DNA from: Octopus sinensis
Lineage: Eukaryota
DNA: 64,000 nt
Assembly: GCF_006345805.1 (NCBI RefSeq)
Contig: NC_043012.1
Coordinates: 11,842,001 to 11,906,000, forward strand
Direction: 5' to 3'
A model generated the notes under the pieces. The model saw nothing but the letters and a program-made list of their open reading frames with translations. It was not told the DNA's origin and made no database searches. Made by a program: the position numbers and the translations under genes. The first letter of the stretch is position 1. Every line of letters begins with the position of its first letter. Of the stretch, positions 13,330 to 27,420 are shown piece after piece.

Positions 13330-13680
13330 ATTGAATGACTCCTTTTACAATCCACAACGGAATTGGTCCAGCAGATGGAGTGCTCCCACGATACTGCCAC
13401 CCGTCAACTTCACGCGATAAGTAAGGCACTATAGCTCAACACAGAAAAAAGTATGTTCCTTTACGATGGGCAGTGTACACCATCACATCACAATGAGACC
13501 GAAACTGCTATTCAAAATCTCGGTTCTGATGTTCTGCTGTAATCACCGTATTCTCCTGCTACAACACCTTTTGCAATCGCTCTCTAACACTCAGTGAAGA
13601 GTTTCATTTAACAACGGGATGATGCCGAAAACATGGCTCAACAAATTGTGACCCGATAATTTCTGAAGTCAATGCATTAA
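13330..13680 (+). pseudogene. mariner transposase C-terminal remnant
   Basis: AIQNLGSDVLL*SPYSP resembles the mariner HPPYSPDLAP motif region; heavily decayed. Confidence 0.5.
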
Positions 13681-13887
13681 ATAATTAGAGGAATGTTGGC
13701 AGCAAATCATGAACAACGAAGGGGAATAAATTAAAGCCTAATTTGTTAAAATTGCTGTTGACATATGAGGGTTAAAATAAATGGAAAAGAAAACTAACAA
13801 ATTTATTTGATAACCCGATATATATATTTGTCATCCATCCTATATTTGGTAACAGAGTGGATATATTAATATTTAAGCAAAAAGTGG

Positions 13888-14100
13888 AGAGCTGGCAGAA
13901 TCATTAGTAAACCAGGCAAAATGCTTAGCGGCATTGCGTCTGTATATACGTTCTGAGTTCAAATTCTGTCGAAGTCGACAATGTCTTTCATCTTTTCGGG
14001 GTCGATAAAATAAGTATCAGTAGAACATTGGGGTCAATGTAATCGACTTATATCGTCCACTAAAACTGCTGGCTTTGTGCCAAAAAATTTAAATCAGTAT
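13888..14100 (+). mobile_element. SINE family A variant
   Basis: gagctggcagaatcattag...ctgagttcaaattctgtcgaagtcgac...ggggtcgataaaataagtatcag. Confidence 0.75.
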
Positions 14101-14296
14101 TTAAACAATACTGAATTATATTAATGGATTTCCACAAGTGAGTCAGAGGGAAAATATCCCGGATCTCTTTTGACGAGCGCCGGGATTGTGTCTTCCCTTA
14201 ATTTGCGCGTGCGAACATGACTAACAAAATCGGTTGAAATGGATCTATAATACACAACTGCATAAATACTAATGAACTCTCTCACACCACACGTAT

Positions 14297-14344
<48 letters not shown>

Positions 14345-14397
14345 AGAAATACTAAATTTCTAAATCTCTCGTAGAGACATGTACGGTGGTGGTGCGA

Positions 14398-14687
14398 TAG
14401 AATGACTGTCAATCTAACACGAACGTGACAGTAGGGGGGTACACCACCGCTGTTTAGCCCTAGTAAGCATCGACGCCTCTGATGGCTTTGACACATTTTT
14501 CCTGTGTCCTTATATACATTTACGAAGGGCTGGGGGTATTTGTCTCCCCTTCGTAAATGTATATAAGGACACAGGAAAAATATGTCAAAGCCATCAGGAG
14601 GCGTCGATGCTTCCTAGGGCTAAACAGCGGTGGTGTACCCCCTACTGTCACGTTCACGTTAGATTGACAGTATACAACCATTCTATA
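14398..14687. repeat. Long near-perfect inverted repeat (about 125-bp arms, 17-nt spacer)
   Basis: 14405-14529 is the reverse complement of 14547-14671 with few mismatches or indels; tagaatg/cattcta extends the pairing. Confidence 0.9.
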
Positions 14688-15885
14688 TATATAAATATAT
14701 ATATTATCCTTAATAACAAAACATGCAAATTGAAATAAAACAAAATAATTTAAAAGTAAAATAAAAGAATTGCTTACACTACAGTCTTGTTTGCAAATGC
14801 ACTGGTATCCCCACAGGGATCCACTATGCCAGATTTTATATTATTGGAACGATCTATCTAGAATACTTCCCCGGTGACCTGCATCAAATACCTCAAAGTT
14901 AAAATTATTCTCTTGTTACAATTCCTGGTCCATAACTTTTGGTGGAATTCCGTACCCCAAAAAGCCGACGACCTTGTAACTTACGTTATTGTGAATCACT
15001 CAGTATATTACGCCAGAATGAGGTCTCCCACCTTAATGGCTTCTCTGACGTAATTACATTGTGCCAAGAAATATAACACTTTCCCTCATTACCATAAATC
15101 TAAATTAGTCACACTTCGAATCTTCTCGTCTCTACCTCCCTTTCCTTCCTCTTCTATTAGTGTGATTTATGTCTTCTGTCCCTGTCCTCTCATTTTGCTG
15201 GCCTGTATTCTCCGTGCGTCTGAAAGAAGCTCCGAGGAAGCTATAAGATGATGCACAAGTACTCAGCCCTGAATGCACTGCATCTTATAAAAGAAACATC
15301 TGTAAGCTAATGAAGTTGATTACATAACACCTGTTTCTTTGTCATTTATTTAATTTCATATACATATATGTATACACACACACACACATATATATATACA
15401 TACACACACATTCACACTCACATATCTATACGTACATGAATATACATACACACAGACACATTTATATATATATACATACATATATATTATTTATATTGTG
15501 CGTGTGTGTGAATGTGTGTGTGTGCGTATGTGAATAAGTGTGTTTGTGCGTGTGTGTGTGTGTATACATACCTACACACGCACACACACACGCTCACAGA
15601 CATCATGATATGTATATGCGTGAGTGTTTATGTAGATATATTTATCATCGTGTCGACCAAATTATAAAATGTTGCTATACACCGCTGGTCACAGTACGCT
15701 TCTTCGCATTGTTGTAGTTTTCGAGTGATACCACCGAGAAGGTATACATTCACCCGGAACGGGATGCCAGTCTGTCGCAACAGGTTTATACATTTACAGC
15801 TGAATGGACTGCGGCAACACAAAATGGAGTACACAACGATGAAGAACACAACGTATCACCTTATCATTAGGCCACGTGCCTTCAC

Positions 15886-15922
<37 letters not shown>

Positions 15923-16500
15923 TTGCATATATGTGTGTATGATGCGTACGAATGTAGTTTGTTGAAATATTTTCACCTGTTTTCGCACTATTCCACCTGT
16001 TGATTGGATATGATTTCTTATGATTGGCTACAACAACTAAATACACATTCAGCTGTTATACAAAAAACAAACAAACAGTTCTAGGTTTCACTTTCATTTT
16101 CCATTTGAACTATTTCAGCTTACTCCTGACGCTTTCTTGCCCACTTCCACCGCCCCACCTTCTCTTTATCTTCAACTTCAAGCTATCTGTTGCTTGAAAA
16201 ACGTGCATTGATCTATCTTCTACGTCAGAAATAATTTGTTATTAAAAACACACATACTGCTATCATTTGATTGCAGCGTGCATTCTTATAACAATGAGAT
16301 ATTCTTGTTTTTTTTTTAAATCCTTTTTGTTCATTGACATTCCATTTCTCACAATACCTTGAACGAATCTAGTTGTTAAATCATTATTTTCCTCATATGG
16401 TTTTCATTTACATAACGTAAAAAACCATCAGACTATATCTCTCACTTTCTTTCATTCAAACCGTATATTCATCACTCCATGTATACACGTATGAATGTAC

Positions 16501-16547
<47 letters not shown>

Positions 16548-17079
16548 CACATATGTAGTTATCTATCCACTTATGCATATGTTTCCCAATTAATCAATAG
16601 TAATATAACTACCTGTCTTCCTCTCGTCCCCCGCTCTCCCACTCTCTCTTTCTCTCTCTATCTACCCATTTATATCACACATATTTCTGTATTAATGTTT
16701 CATATACTTTTTATGCACCTCTCTCCTATATTAAACTATCCGCCAACTTTTTTCTTTACTTTCCAACCATTAAAAAATCGCAGATAACAAAACGTATTCA
16801 AAATAGTTCACGAATACACTCAGACACAAAAAACACGTACACACACGTACACACTAAAACAGGCATTCACTGACATTTATAGATTGATAGATTGCTAGTT
16901 GGACGGATTGGTAGAAAGATGGATGCTCATACATAGATCACAGACATAGATGCTCACACTTGTTCTATCTTTCTATTCCTTACCATAAAACTTTTGTTCA
17001 CAAAATCCGATTTTGCTTTCAGTACAATGGTGATGTGTGAATGTGTGTGTGTGTGTGTTGTTGTGTATGTATAAATAGA

Positions 17080-17122
<43 letters not shown>

Positions 17123-17178
17123 GCATGTGTGTACGTGTGTTTATTGTATCTATATATGTATGTATATATCACTATGTT

Positions 17179-17217
<39 letters not shown>

Positions 17218-17433
17218 ATATATATATAATGTAAATATATGTGAAAAAATATATTCACATCTGCATACGTTTAATATATATTATATGTGTATATGCAATA
17301 TATATATGTGTGTGTATGTGTATGCATATGCATACATACATGCATTCATACATGTATATGTATATATATATATAAATATATATGTATATATATATATATG
17401 TGAGTATATATATATATGCATATACACACACAT

Positions 17434-17473
<40 letters not shown>

Positions 17474-18914
17474 CGCACACAATTACATATACCCACATTA
17501 CACACAAGCACATGCACACACATATACACGCTTACACACGCCCACACTTACACATTAAGCTTTGAGTGTGTTTGTGTTGTGTCAATGTATAGAATTATTC
17601 CTAGAACCACTTTACCCAGCATGCAATGTTTCTCTTTCATTCATTTTCCCCATCATCATTATTATTCCTCCTCTTTATCATTTTTCTCTCTTTCGTTGTC
17701 GTTTCTTGTTTTTTTTTTCTTATTTTTCGTTTCTTCTTTGTTATAACAAAAATCACTTATAACAAAAAAAAAAAAAAGAAGCATATCCCGCTTGCTTACA
17801 TTCTAGCAACTAGTCTTGCTTCACTTTCCAATCCAACTCGTTATCTTACCTGCCTATCTCACTACTCTCCTTCCTGCTTTGTCATCTTCTTCAACTACAC
17901 GCAAGCGTATTGCCTTAGTTTTTTACTCTCCACTTCCGGTACCACCCCTGTCCCCTCGAAGTCTTTGTGAAATTTGTTTCAGCTCGCCTCTTTACTGATT
18001 GATTTTTCGCTTCATTTTCTTCTTCTACTTTCCTTTTCAATCTTTCCTTTTCGCTTTCCTTACACAATCTCTCCTTTTCGCTTTCATCAATTTCCTCTCT
18101 TTCTCTTCTGCTTTAGCTCTTAGTCTATCTACTTTCTCTTATCTCGTTTTCAATTTTCCTTTCTTCCTTATTATATTGTAGCGACCTTGAATGAAAGAAG
18201 TATAAATGCAAAGAAACAATGCAACAAATCTATATGTACCCTTATTTTTTATTTTATAAATGGATGCTCTTTTTAAACTTTAATTTTCTTCAATACTTTC
18301 AATGAAAGATTCTTGAAGCCAACAGGCATTTTTCTATCCCTTTTAATATCGGTTTTGTTTTGTTTTCAGATTAAATCGCATTCATCGTTTTCCATCTGTC
18401 AATAGAAAACTTTCCTTTCATGCGTCGAGGTTAAGCGTTCTGAATTACAATTACTATCTTACATAATATATAATCTCGGTGCAAGACAGATACTTAAAAA
18501 ATTACATACCAAAGAGTCATTTGTAATCCTTACAAATGACTCAAAGACTCAGCTGCACGAAGATGGGAACAATGAGTCGTTCATTCATTTCATGATAGCA
18601 ACCCTGTTGAATGAGAACTGAACTAACAACATCTGTCTATGAACTGAAATGATGTCTGAGTCTTTTTTCTGTTCTCCTTCAGCGTATCATTTTACTATGC
18701 GGCTCTCTTCTTTTGCATGCATCGATATCACAAGTCTAGGAAGACCCGAGAAAGGCTATGGGCATTGCTTCCCTCTTCTTTAACATCCATGAGAAAACAA
18801 AACTGGTTATATACTGCTTTCTGATGTATGTACGTATGTACATACACAAATATATGTATGTATGTATATATGTATATGTATATGTATATATATATATATA
18901 TAATCCAAGCATGA

Positions 18915-19110
18915 AAACACAAAGAGTAAACACCACAACGCGAGGACGTGGGACAAGTATAGTGTTATTGGACGCTCAGGAAAGAAGGAAAGAAAGAGGG
19001 TTTAACGTTTCGAGCGGAGCTCTTCGTCAGAAACATAGGAAAATTAAAGATCCAAAGAAGGGAAGACGGAGGAAAAAAAATTGCCAACGGTTCACACGCG
19101 GGCACACTTT
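18915..19110 (-). mobile_element. pLTR-like repeat C2 carrying an intact hammerhead motif
   Basis: Homologous to 13020, 48820, 49030 and 52580 copies; (AT)n nearby on both sides. Confidence 0.7.
19000..19034 (-). ncRNA. Minimal type I hammerhead ribozyme motif (Penelope type)
   Basis: GUUU CUGACGA A GAGC-UCC-GCUC GAAACGUU AAAC: 4-bp stem I, conserved core, 4-bp stem II, palindromic ACGU stem III, GUU triplet. Confidence 0.7.
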
Positions 19111-19114
19111 GAAT

Positions 19115-19154
<40 letters not shown>

Positions 19155-19268
19155 TACAATTATGTTTTTAAATGACTTGCTTCAAGAGTTGCATTCGGTG
19201 TGCTTATTTATTTTGGAATTTTTGACTTAGAGTCCCTCCTAGCGTGTGGCATTTATGTATAGTAATGC

Positions 19269-19337
<69 letters not shown>

Positions 19338-20139
19338 AGTAATGTCACATTGGTTGTGTAAATGTTCGTGGCCTGAAATATAGGTACATGTACATTAATA
19401 TAAATGATACAAGTTTATCAATACTGAACTACATAAACTACCAATAAGTGTGGGGTGCTGTAAACCAGTCTGGCGGTCGCGGAGGTTTTCTTTTTCTGTT
19501 AGTAGATTAGTGCTAACTATAGAAGGTCGGAGAGCATCAGTGTTGGGTAAGCTGGTGTTGTTCCTGTATTACATCTAAACATAAACTAGCTTTTGAAAAT
19601 GAAGGGCCCCGTATTCTTTGCTAGATTATAAACATTTTTAGGTGAAGTTTTTGTAAACTAATTACTTGGATAACGATAGACACTGTCAGCACGAAAATTA
19701 ATTAGTGTTAAACTTTTAAAAAATGTTAACAAAATAGTTATGTGGCGGTTGGGAGAAACAAAACCAGGCTATGTCTAATAACGTTTTAATTACTTCAGGA
19801 AGTACACAAGACAGCTCTGGAACATATTTCGGTTTTATGAACACAACAGCCAGAATAGTGAAAATGCGTGACCTAGTAGTTCGGGTGTTGCATCCACGAT
19901 GGTAAGAGCGTAGTTTCGATTTCAAGACCAGGCTGTGCCTAGTGTTCTTGAGCAAAAACACCTCATTTCATCATATAAGCATTTCATTCCGCTTGGCTTT
20001 AAGTTAGTTCTGTCAGCAAATGGGGAGAGGAATCCGCAACCCAGAAGGTGAAAATTGGCGAAACGCTGCTAGGCATTTTACCCGCCATGCTAACGATTCT
20101 GCCAGATCACCGCTTTAAATATATCATAATAATGACAAT

Positions 20140-20352
20140 CCTTTCTAATATAGGCACAAGGCCTGAATTTTTGCGGAAACGGAGACAATCGATCACATAG
20201 ACCACAGTACTTGACTGGTAGGTAATTTATCGATTCCAAAAGTATGAAAGGCAAAATCGACCTCGGCGGAATTTGAACTCAGAACGCACTAACAGACAAA
20301 ATACCGCGAAGCATTTCCCCCGGTATGCTAACGATTCTGCCCTCTCGCCACC
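20140..20352 (-). mobile_element. SINE family A
   Basis: gaaaggcaaaatcgacctcggcggaatttgaactcagaac...ctaacgattctgcc. Confidence 0.8.
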
Positions 20353-20399
20353 TTAAATAATAATTATAATGATAATAATGTCTTGGAATAAGTTTTAGT

Positions 20400-22765
20400 A
20401 AAGCAAAAGAAAAACAAATTTGTAGGGAGAGTACTGTGTTAAGGCTATGAGTATATAACCCGAGTGAAACAAATTGATCGAGTGAGCGAAGAGAAATTTG
20501 AGAAGTGCTTGAAACCCATCTGGCAGGATATCACATATCTAGCCAGAGGGAAGAAGTTTGGTACTATCGACGTATGACTAAAAGATATAGAAACTGCTCA
20601 AATGCACTCAGTTAAATCTCTTGAAACGGAGGACGTTATTTTAATTTCAATATATATGGGAATGAGGACGTGAAAGATATGTATACCAAGGGTCCCACCT
20701 CAAGTCGACCCTATGTGGTTGATGGCGGAAGTCCTGGCAAAAAAGGAAGATGATATAACACTCTTTCAGGCTACCGTCACAGAAAAGGCTTATTGGACCG
20801 GTCAAACGGTTCACCTGCTAATACAAGCAGAACAGTCAATTTTAGAACAGTTACCGGAGGAAATAGAAATTAGGGAGGAATTCCTTAACGTATTCGTTAA
20901 GGGGCGTAAGCCCCGATGTTTCCAGTGTGGCCGGCAGGACCATATAAAAAAACACTGTAGAGACGGTGAGGAAGACCCGATGGTGAGGAAGAAGAGAAAG
21001 AAAGAGAAACAAAAGAAAAAAAAAGCAACTAACAAGAGAAAAATGGAAAGTTCAAATCAACAAAAACAGGTCGAACTAAGACAACAACAAAAAAAAAACT
21101 GCGAAAAGAGTCAAACCAAAAATAGTAAAAGAGGGAGTAGAAGACAGAGGGATACTCGCTTTATACAGCAAAAATGAAGATTTAATGAGAGAAATAAAAA
21201 CGAAAAAATCAGCCGCTAAGATTGCAGAACTTTCTGATAAATATAAGAACTACGAGTTCTACGAAATGGATAAAAAGACTTATAATGTATTACTTAACAC
21301 GTATAGAAAGTTGGTGTATATTATGAGATTGTATTTTAATCAATCCATTTTCCAAGACTTGCCATCTCCGACCCTATGTCAAGAAAAGGTGGAGAGTCCC
21401 TCTCCACAGGACACCCAGCATTAAATATGTAAGTAATGATACATTGGTTGTGTAAATGTTCGTGGTCTGATGTCTAGCTGGAAGCAAGGGCGTCTCCTAA
21501 ATGACATGAGGTCAAGAAAATTGGATGTGATTGTTGCAACGGAAACCCGGGTGAAGGAGCCAAGAGGTCTGCTCCCCTTCCTGAACAGCTATGAGAAATA
21601 CGTTTCTCCGAGTCGAGGTGGGGGTGGAGTGTTGGTCCTACTAAAAAGAAACCAGGTAGCTGAGAAAAGGTTGGTTTTTTTTCTGATCCAGAAGGCAGGT
21701 TGGTCGTTCTCGATCTGACATTCAGTTGTGGCAAGATAATCAGGCTGGTTCCAATTTATGCACCCAAAGTTACGGGCCCGCAAAGTGAATATTTTCGTGA
21801 TCTGGGCAAGTTCCTGGCCACATTGCATTCGCTAGTACTGATAGGAGACTTTAACACAATCTTCCACGCACACACAGATTGTGTTGGCTCGATCATGAAT
21901 AGAAAATGTAATCCTGGCTAACGGGATCTGCTAAGTCAATTTCAGCTAGTAGATCTGTATTGGTTGGAACACCCGAACACTCCACAGTGGACGTAGTCAA
22001 ATAGTGACGGGTCTTTCAGAACATCCAGATAGGGTATTAATTAGAAAAACAGATAAGTCCATAGCTAAGTGACCACAGTTTTATCTAGTCAGCTACAGTG
22101 ATACCAAGATGGTTACCTCTAAGCTGACAGTAGATAAGTTGGATAGACAGGGATCTGGCTACTGGAAACTCAATACGTCCTTTTTGGCGATTGAGGAGCA
22201 CAGAAAGAGGAACGAGATGTTAATACAGGGGGCATTGACAGGTATCATCATTAATAACAAATGGTGGTACGCCCTAAAAAGAGCTATTAAATATGAGTCT
22301 ATTAGGTTTAGTATAAGTTTAGCTAAGAAGGGACGTAGAATAAGAGATGGTCTAGTTAAGGAACTAAGCCTGGAGGACTGGTAATGCGGACCAAATGAAC
22401 GTGAAGAGACTGGAGTTGAACCAGCATCTTGAAGCCCAACACATGGGAAGTATTGCCAGAGCTAAGTTACATGCGATGGGAAGCGAAGGAATCAAGGCCG
22501 AGGGATGGACCCGAGTGGTGGAAGCTCGACAAGGAAATAGTTCCACTATTCGGTCTTTGACGAATCAAAATGGTGTCTTTGTAAACGCACTCGAGGAAAT
22601 GTGTGAGGCCTTTCGGGAGTACTTCGATTAGCTGTTCGGGGTGACGGCGTTCATGATGCTAGGGAGTCCTCGGGGACTTTCTTGCCGAGCTGCCATGCCT
22701 CTCAGGGTCAGTTGATGAGTCTTGCGAAGGGCCGATCACATCTGTGGAGGTGATGGAGTCTATGG
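20400..22765 (+). mobile_element. Tx1/L1-clade LINE, decayed 5' part: gag-like ORF1 with CCHC knuckle plus APE endonuclease and linker of ORF2
   Basis: ORF 20713-21177 has CFQCGRQDHIKKHC; ORF2 pieces VNVRGL..DVIVATETR, LIGDFN, GSGYWKLNTSFL, WWYALKRAIK; many stops and frameshifts. Confidence 0.9.
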
Positions 22766-22769
22766 CCAA

Positions 22770-22787
22770 CTGTGTTGTGTGTGTGTG

Positions 22788-22820
<33 letters not shown>

Positions 22821-22826
22821 GCCTGC

Positions 22827-22906
<80 letters not shown>

Positions 22907-22926
22907 ATGTCTGTCTGTCTGTCTGA

Positions 22927-23013
<87 letters not shown>

Positions 23014-23115
23014 GCTAGCTAGCTAGCTACCTAGCTAGCTATCTATCTAGCTAGCTAGCTACCTAGCTAGCTATCTATCTAGCTAGCTAGCTATCTAGCT
23101 ACCTAGCTAGCTAAC
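22770..23115. repeat. Compound microsatellite (TG)(TCTG)(CTAT)(CTAG)
   Basis: Directly visible. Confidence 0.95.
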
Positions 23116-24299
23116 GTCTGTTTGTGTTAATTTAATTGTAAATTAATAAATATAATTTGTTACAAAACTGAATTGTTTCAACTTATGATCTTATGAGAGA
23201 AATATGGAAAGGCATAAATTATAGTATATATTGTATTGCAATGTAGACCTGAAAGTTTGCGGGAAAAAAAAAGTTCAACGTACAGCCGTAAGGATAAGTG
23301 AAACCTTGAGTAGGAAATCTTTTTGTCCTTTCAGTTTCACTTCTAATGTATTCAATTAGAGATATTTATTTACAGACTCGACAAGAAGTGGTTTGATAAA
23401 ATGGCTACATATATAAACAGAACTGGGTTGATAAAAAGGAAAGAGATAAGCAAAGTTAAAGGGGAGGGGTGGATGAAGAGTAACGATAGAGAAGATGAAG
23501 CAACTTATGTAACGACGACATAGGGAGGGGAAAGGAGGAAGCAGAAGTTGAAGGGGAGGGAAAAGAGGAAGGGAATAATGATGTTTATGCTAAAGGTTTC
23601 GATTTGTATATATTTTTTTCTTCTAAGATAATATAATTGGGAAAATAATAAGTAGAAAGTGTATAGGAAATGCATACATACATACATACATACATACATA
23701 CATACATACATACACACATACATACATACATATATATATACATACATACATGCATACATACATACACACATACATACATACATACATACCTACATGCATA
23801 CATACCTTCATGTAAAAATTAAGGTGGAATACGGTAGATCTAGGTATAAGTCCCGCTTATCCATTTAATAATGTTCAAGTTTTGTAATTGATTTATATCT
23901 TCGAGGACTTATGTTTACCCGTTGAAATATTTTCACTGTATTTATCTAGGATAATACCTTTAGCAAACAGTATAGCTGGATTTTCCATCGTGCACAAATT
24001 GCACGGTTTCTTGTAATCGGCATGAAACCAACCTGTCAGTGGTATATTCCAATCCACTCTTGTTTGCAATTAATGTTCAGCTCTTTAACTCTCATATAAA
24101 CTTAGAGCTGCGATTTCGTTGCTCAGCATGCATCTCCAATAGGCTTGTTTGACAATATTTCTGTGCCTGTAGAGTTTGCCTCTGGAAATGATCTCCGGTC
24201 GTACTGCTATATCATGCATTACTGGACGTTCTCCTTAGAACCTGAGGTGCAAGTTTTCCGAAGCAAGCTCCTTCGTTATCATTAACACCAAAAGCTACC

Positions 24300-25200
24300 T
24301 TGAAGATCGTTGCTCTTCCTCAACACATTTCCCTCCCTGAAGCTATAACGAGGAAGTTCTACGGATCGCATCTCCCGAAAGGTTAAGGACTCTGAGTACC
24401 TGACAAAATTCTTGGTGTCATGTACCCAGACTTGAACTTCCCTTGACCTAAGTAAGCAACTCCTTTAAAGAGACCTGCTGAAAGGGAAGAAACATGCTGG
24501 ATAAAGAGCGACTACACCTGTTCTTCGTATGTAGATACGAAAATCAATGTAGAAACGGAAGTCCCCTGCCGTCTCTGTTGCATTGTTTGCTCTGATCATT
24601 GAAATAAAATGCCGCTGAAAAGCGGCCACACATCTGCCTGGAATAAAACAGGACATACCCCTCTCGGTCTATCACAGACCGAATTGTAGCTTTGATGCCA
24701 CGTCACGTCTCTGCCACCTAGGTCCCTCCAACACCTTTCGTTTCCATCATATTTAAGAGCTGGAGCCTTAGCTCTGAAGATGCAGCATTCGTCTTCCACG
24801 TTCGAGAGCCATTCTCGTCGCTATCACATTGTCGCAATGCTTTCCTAATCATCTCTTTTAATACGCACCTCTCGTCTATTTTTCTTCATCGCTACTTCTT
24901 TCTTAAATGCTATTGATTTTACTCTGATCGTCCTGTTCAAGGCGCCATCACCAGTCAACAGCTACTTAATTAATTTGCTAATATTGTTTCTGTAGGGTTT
25001 CGCACCAGGAATGACGCCATCAGTTTCCAGTAACTGAATTCCTGTCTATGTTTTTCCTCTATGTCAACCTGCTTATTTTGTGAGTATGTATGGAAATATA
25101 GTGGTGTCACGGATGACTACTACAACCTGTCTTCTGCGTTTAGTGACCTAAAATTGTTGAGCAAGTAACTCAAGTTGAAAAATAGTCTAAGACACATGCA
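24300..25200 (-). mobile_element. Older Tx1-clade ORF2 fragment (endonuclease end and linker)
   Basis: Manual translation: QEFSYWKLMASFL, ALNRTIRVKSIAF, ECCIFRAKAPALKY, RGIKATIRSVIDREG; colinear with the 22140-22570 peptides. Confidence 0.7.
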
Positions 25201-25422
25201 TGGCCATCTTGACCAGGAAAAGGAATTTGAGAGAGGTCATTCACATTGATTTTGGAGAAAGACGAAGTAATCCAGTCTTCTCCTCGGGAAAGATTTCTTA
25301 ACCGCTCTTCTGTTTTTTCTCTGAGCATCATTTAGACGCTTGTCAACTTCTTTAAGCAAAAGTCTATTGTGTAGAGTGTAGTGGCGAACTATTCAAGCAC
25401 TCTACCACTTTGTGTTCGTATT

Positions 25423-25460
<38 letters not shown>

Positions 25461-26017
25461 GCAATGTATCTCATCAAATCACTTTTGTTTCTGTTCACAA
25501 CAGTGTAGTTAATGAGAAGTGGTTCATATGTGTTTGGCTAAAGAAAACCACACAATACCAATAAATCAGTGTTTTGTTCGTCACATCAATGTGGTGTGCG
25601 TATTGTTTTATGATAATAAATACTTCTGTAGAACATACAGAACACTGAACCGCAAAAGACACTAAACAACACTGACGATGTCTATATCTATTCATAAAAG
25701 CTTTCTCTATTGTTTGGAGTTAATCTTTCTTGTCGTCTGCTTTTTGCTGAGATTTGCTGCTGATCTGCTTTTTTTATTGTTCGTATTTTTTCCCCTTCTT
25801 CCAACGTTCGATGTCGTTGGCGTTAACAGTTTTAATCCAAACTTCGCATGACACAAATTGTTCTTTGTATTCCTTTGTTTTCACACACACACACACACAC
25901 ACATGTACGCGCGTGCGCACACACACACCTCCACCTCGACACAACACCTTATGCAGACTCACTTACAAGCGTAAACATATTTATAAACACATATACAGCT
26001 TATCTATCTCTCTCACG

Positions 26018-26080
<63 letters not shown>

Positions 26081-26100
26081 CGTGTGTCTCTGTGTGTATG

Positions 26101-26134
<34 letters not shown>

Positions 26135-26847
26135 CGTGTGTGTGTGTGTGTGTGTGCGTGTGTGTATAAGTATATACATGTTTGTATATATATCCATATA
26201 TATATATATATACATACACACACACATACACACATATATATACATATATATAGAGAGACATACATACCCATGCATGCATACACATATTGGTATATATATT
26301 TTTCGATATATATATATATATATATATATATCCATATATATATATAAATATATATGCCTGTGTGTTTACACACACGTGTATGTATATATACGTGAGTGAG
26401 TGTGTGTATGTGTATGCGTGCGTGTATGTATGTGTTAGTATATTTCATTGTTATGACAGATCAATCTAGAAGAAAAATGGTCTACAGATTGACAGAGATT
26501 CGTTCAGAGAGAACAAGTCGATAAAAGGCAGAGAATTGAATCAAAGACAATAGAACAATGCCGACGCTGAAAGAACTAAGCTTGTCTACAGACTTTATTA
26601 AAGGTCTGAATGTGTTCAGCTCTGGTTACTGTGTAACACAGACGTCTGTATATGAACTACTGAGGAGATGAAATCTATAAATATTCGCATACAACTCCAC
26701 GTTTCTATTCCGACATGAAAATGTCTGGCTTCACCGTTCGCTCTATCTCATCCTTACTATCCTCTCGTACTTCTTGTCTTTCTCTCTTTCTCTGTCTCTC
26801 TCTCCCTCATTCTTTCCCTTTCTTTCTCTGTCATGTATATATAGACG

Positions 26848-26880
<33 letters not shown>

Positions 26881-26920
26881 ATATATATATATATATAATA
26901 TATATATATAGACACACAGG

Positions 26921-26955
<35 letters not shown>

Positions 26956-27332
26956 TTACACGCGCACACACACATACATACATATACACATACATACATA
27001 TACACATACATACATACATACATACGTACATACATATATACATACATACATACATAAAAACATGTGAACAAATAACAACAGACGGATAATGGTTCATTCA
27101 CTACAGCTGTTTCAAGCGAGATTTTTTTTATTGATTATCAGAATTATTAAATCATGACAAAAAAAAAAAAAAAGGAAAGAAAACCCTTTTTCATCTGGTG
27201 AATATACACGATTAAACATTTTAAATAAACATTCGAAGAATGAACATTATGTACGACTCCATGTTTTCTTGGCTATCTTCAGCCAAAGAATGATTCGCTT
27301 ATACTAGTTAGTACTTTTAATCTAACTGTCTG

Positions 27333-27419
<87 letters not shown>

Positions 27420-27420
27420 G

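Noticed and set aside
14790-14990. Possible RT remnant on the minus strand (GYGIPPKV..., IKSGI..GDT)
   Set aside because: The similarity is too weak to call without an HMM search.
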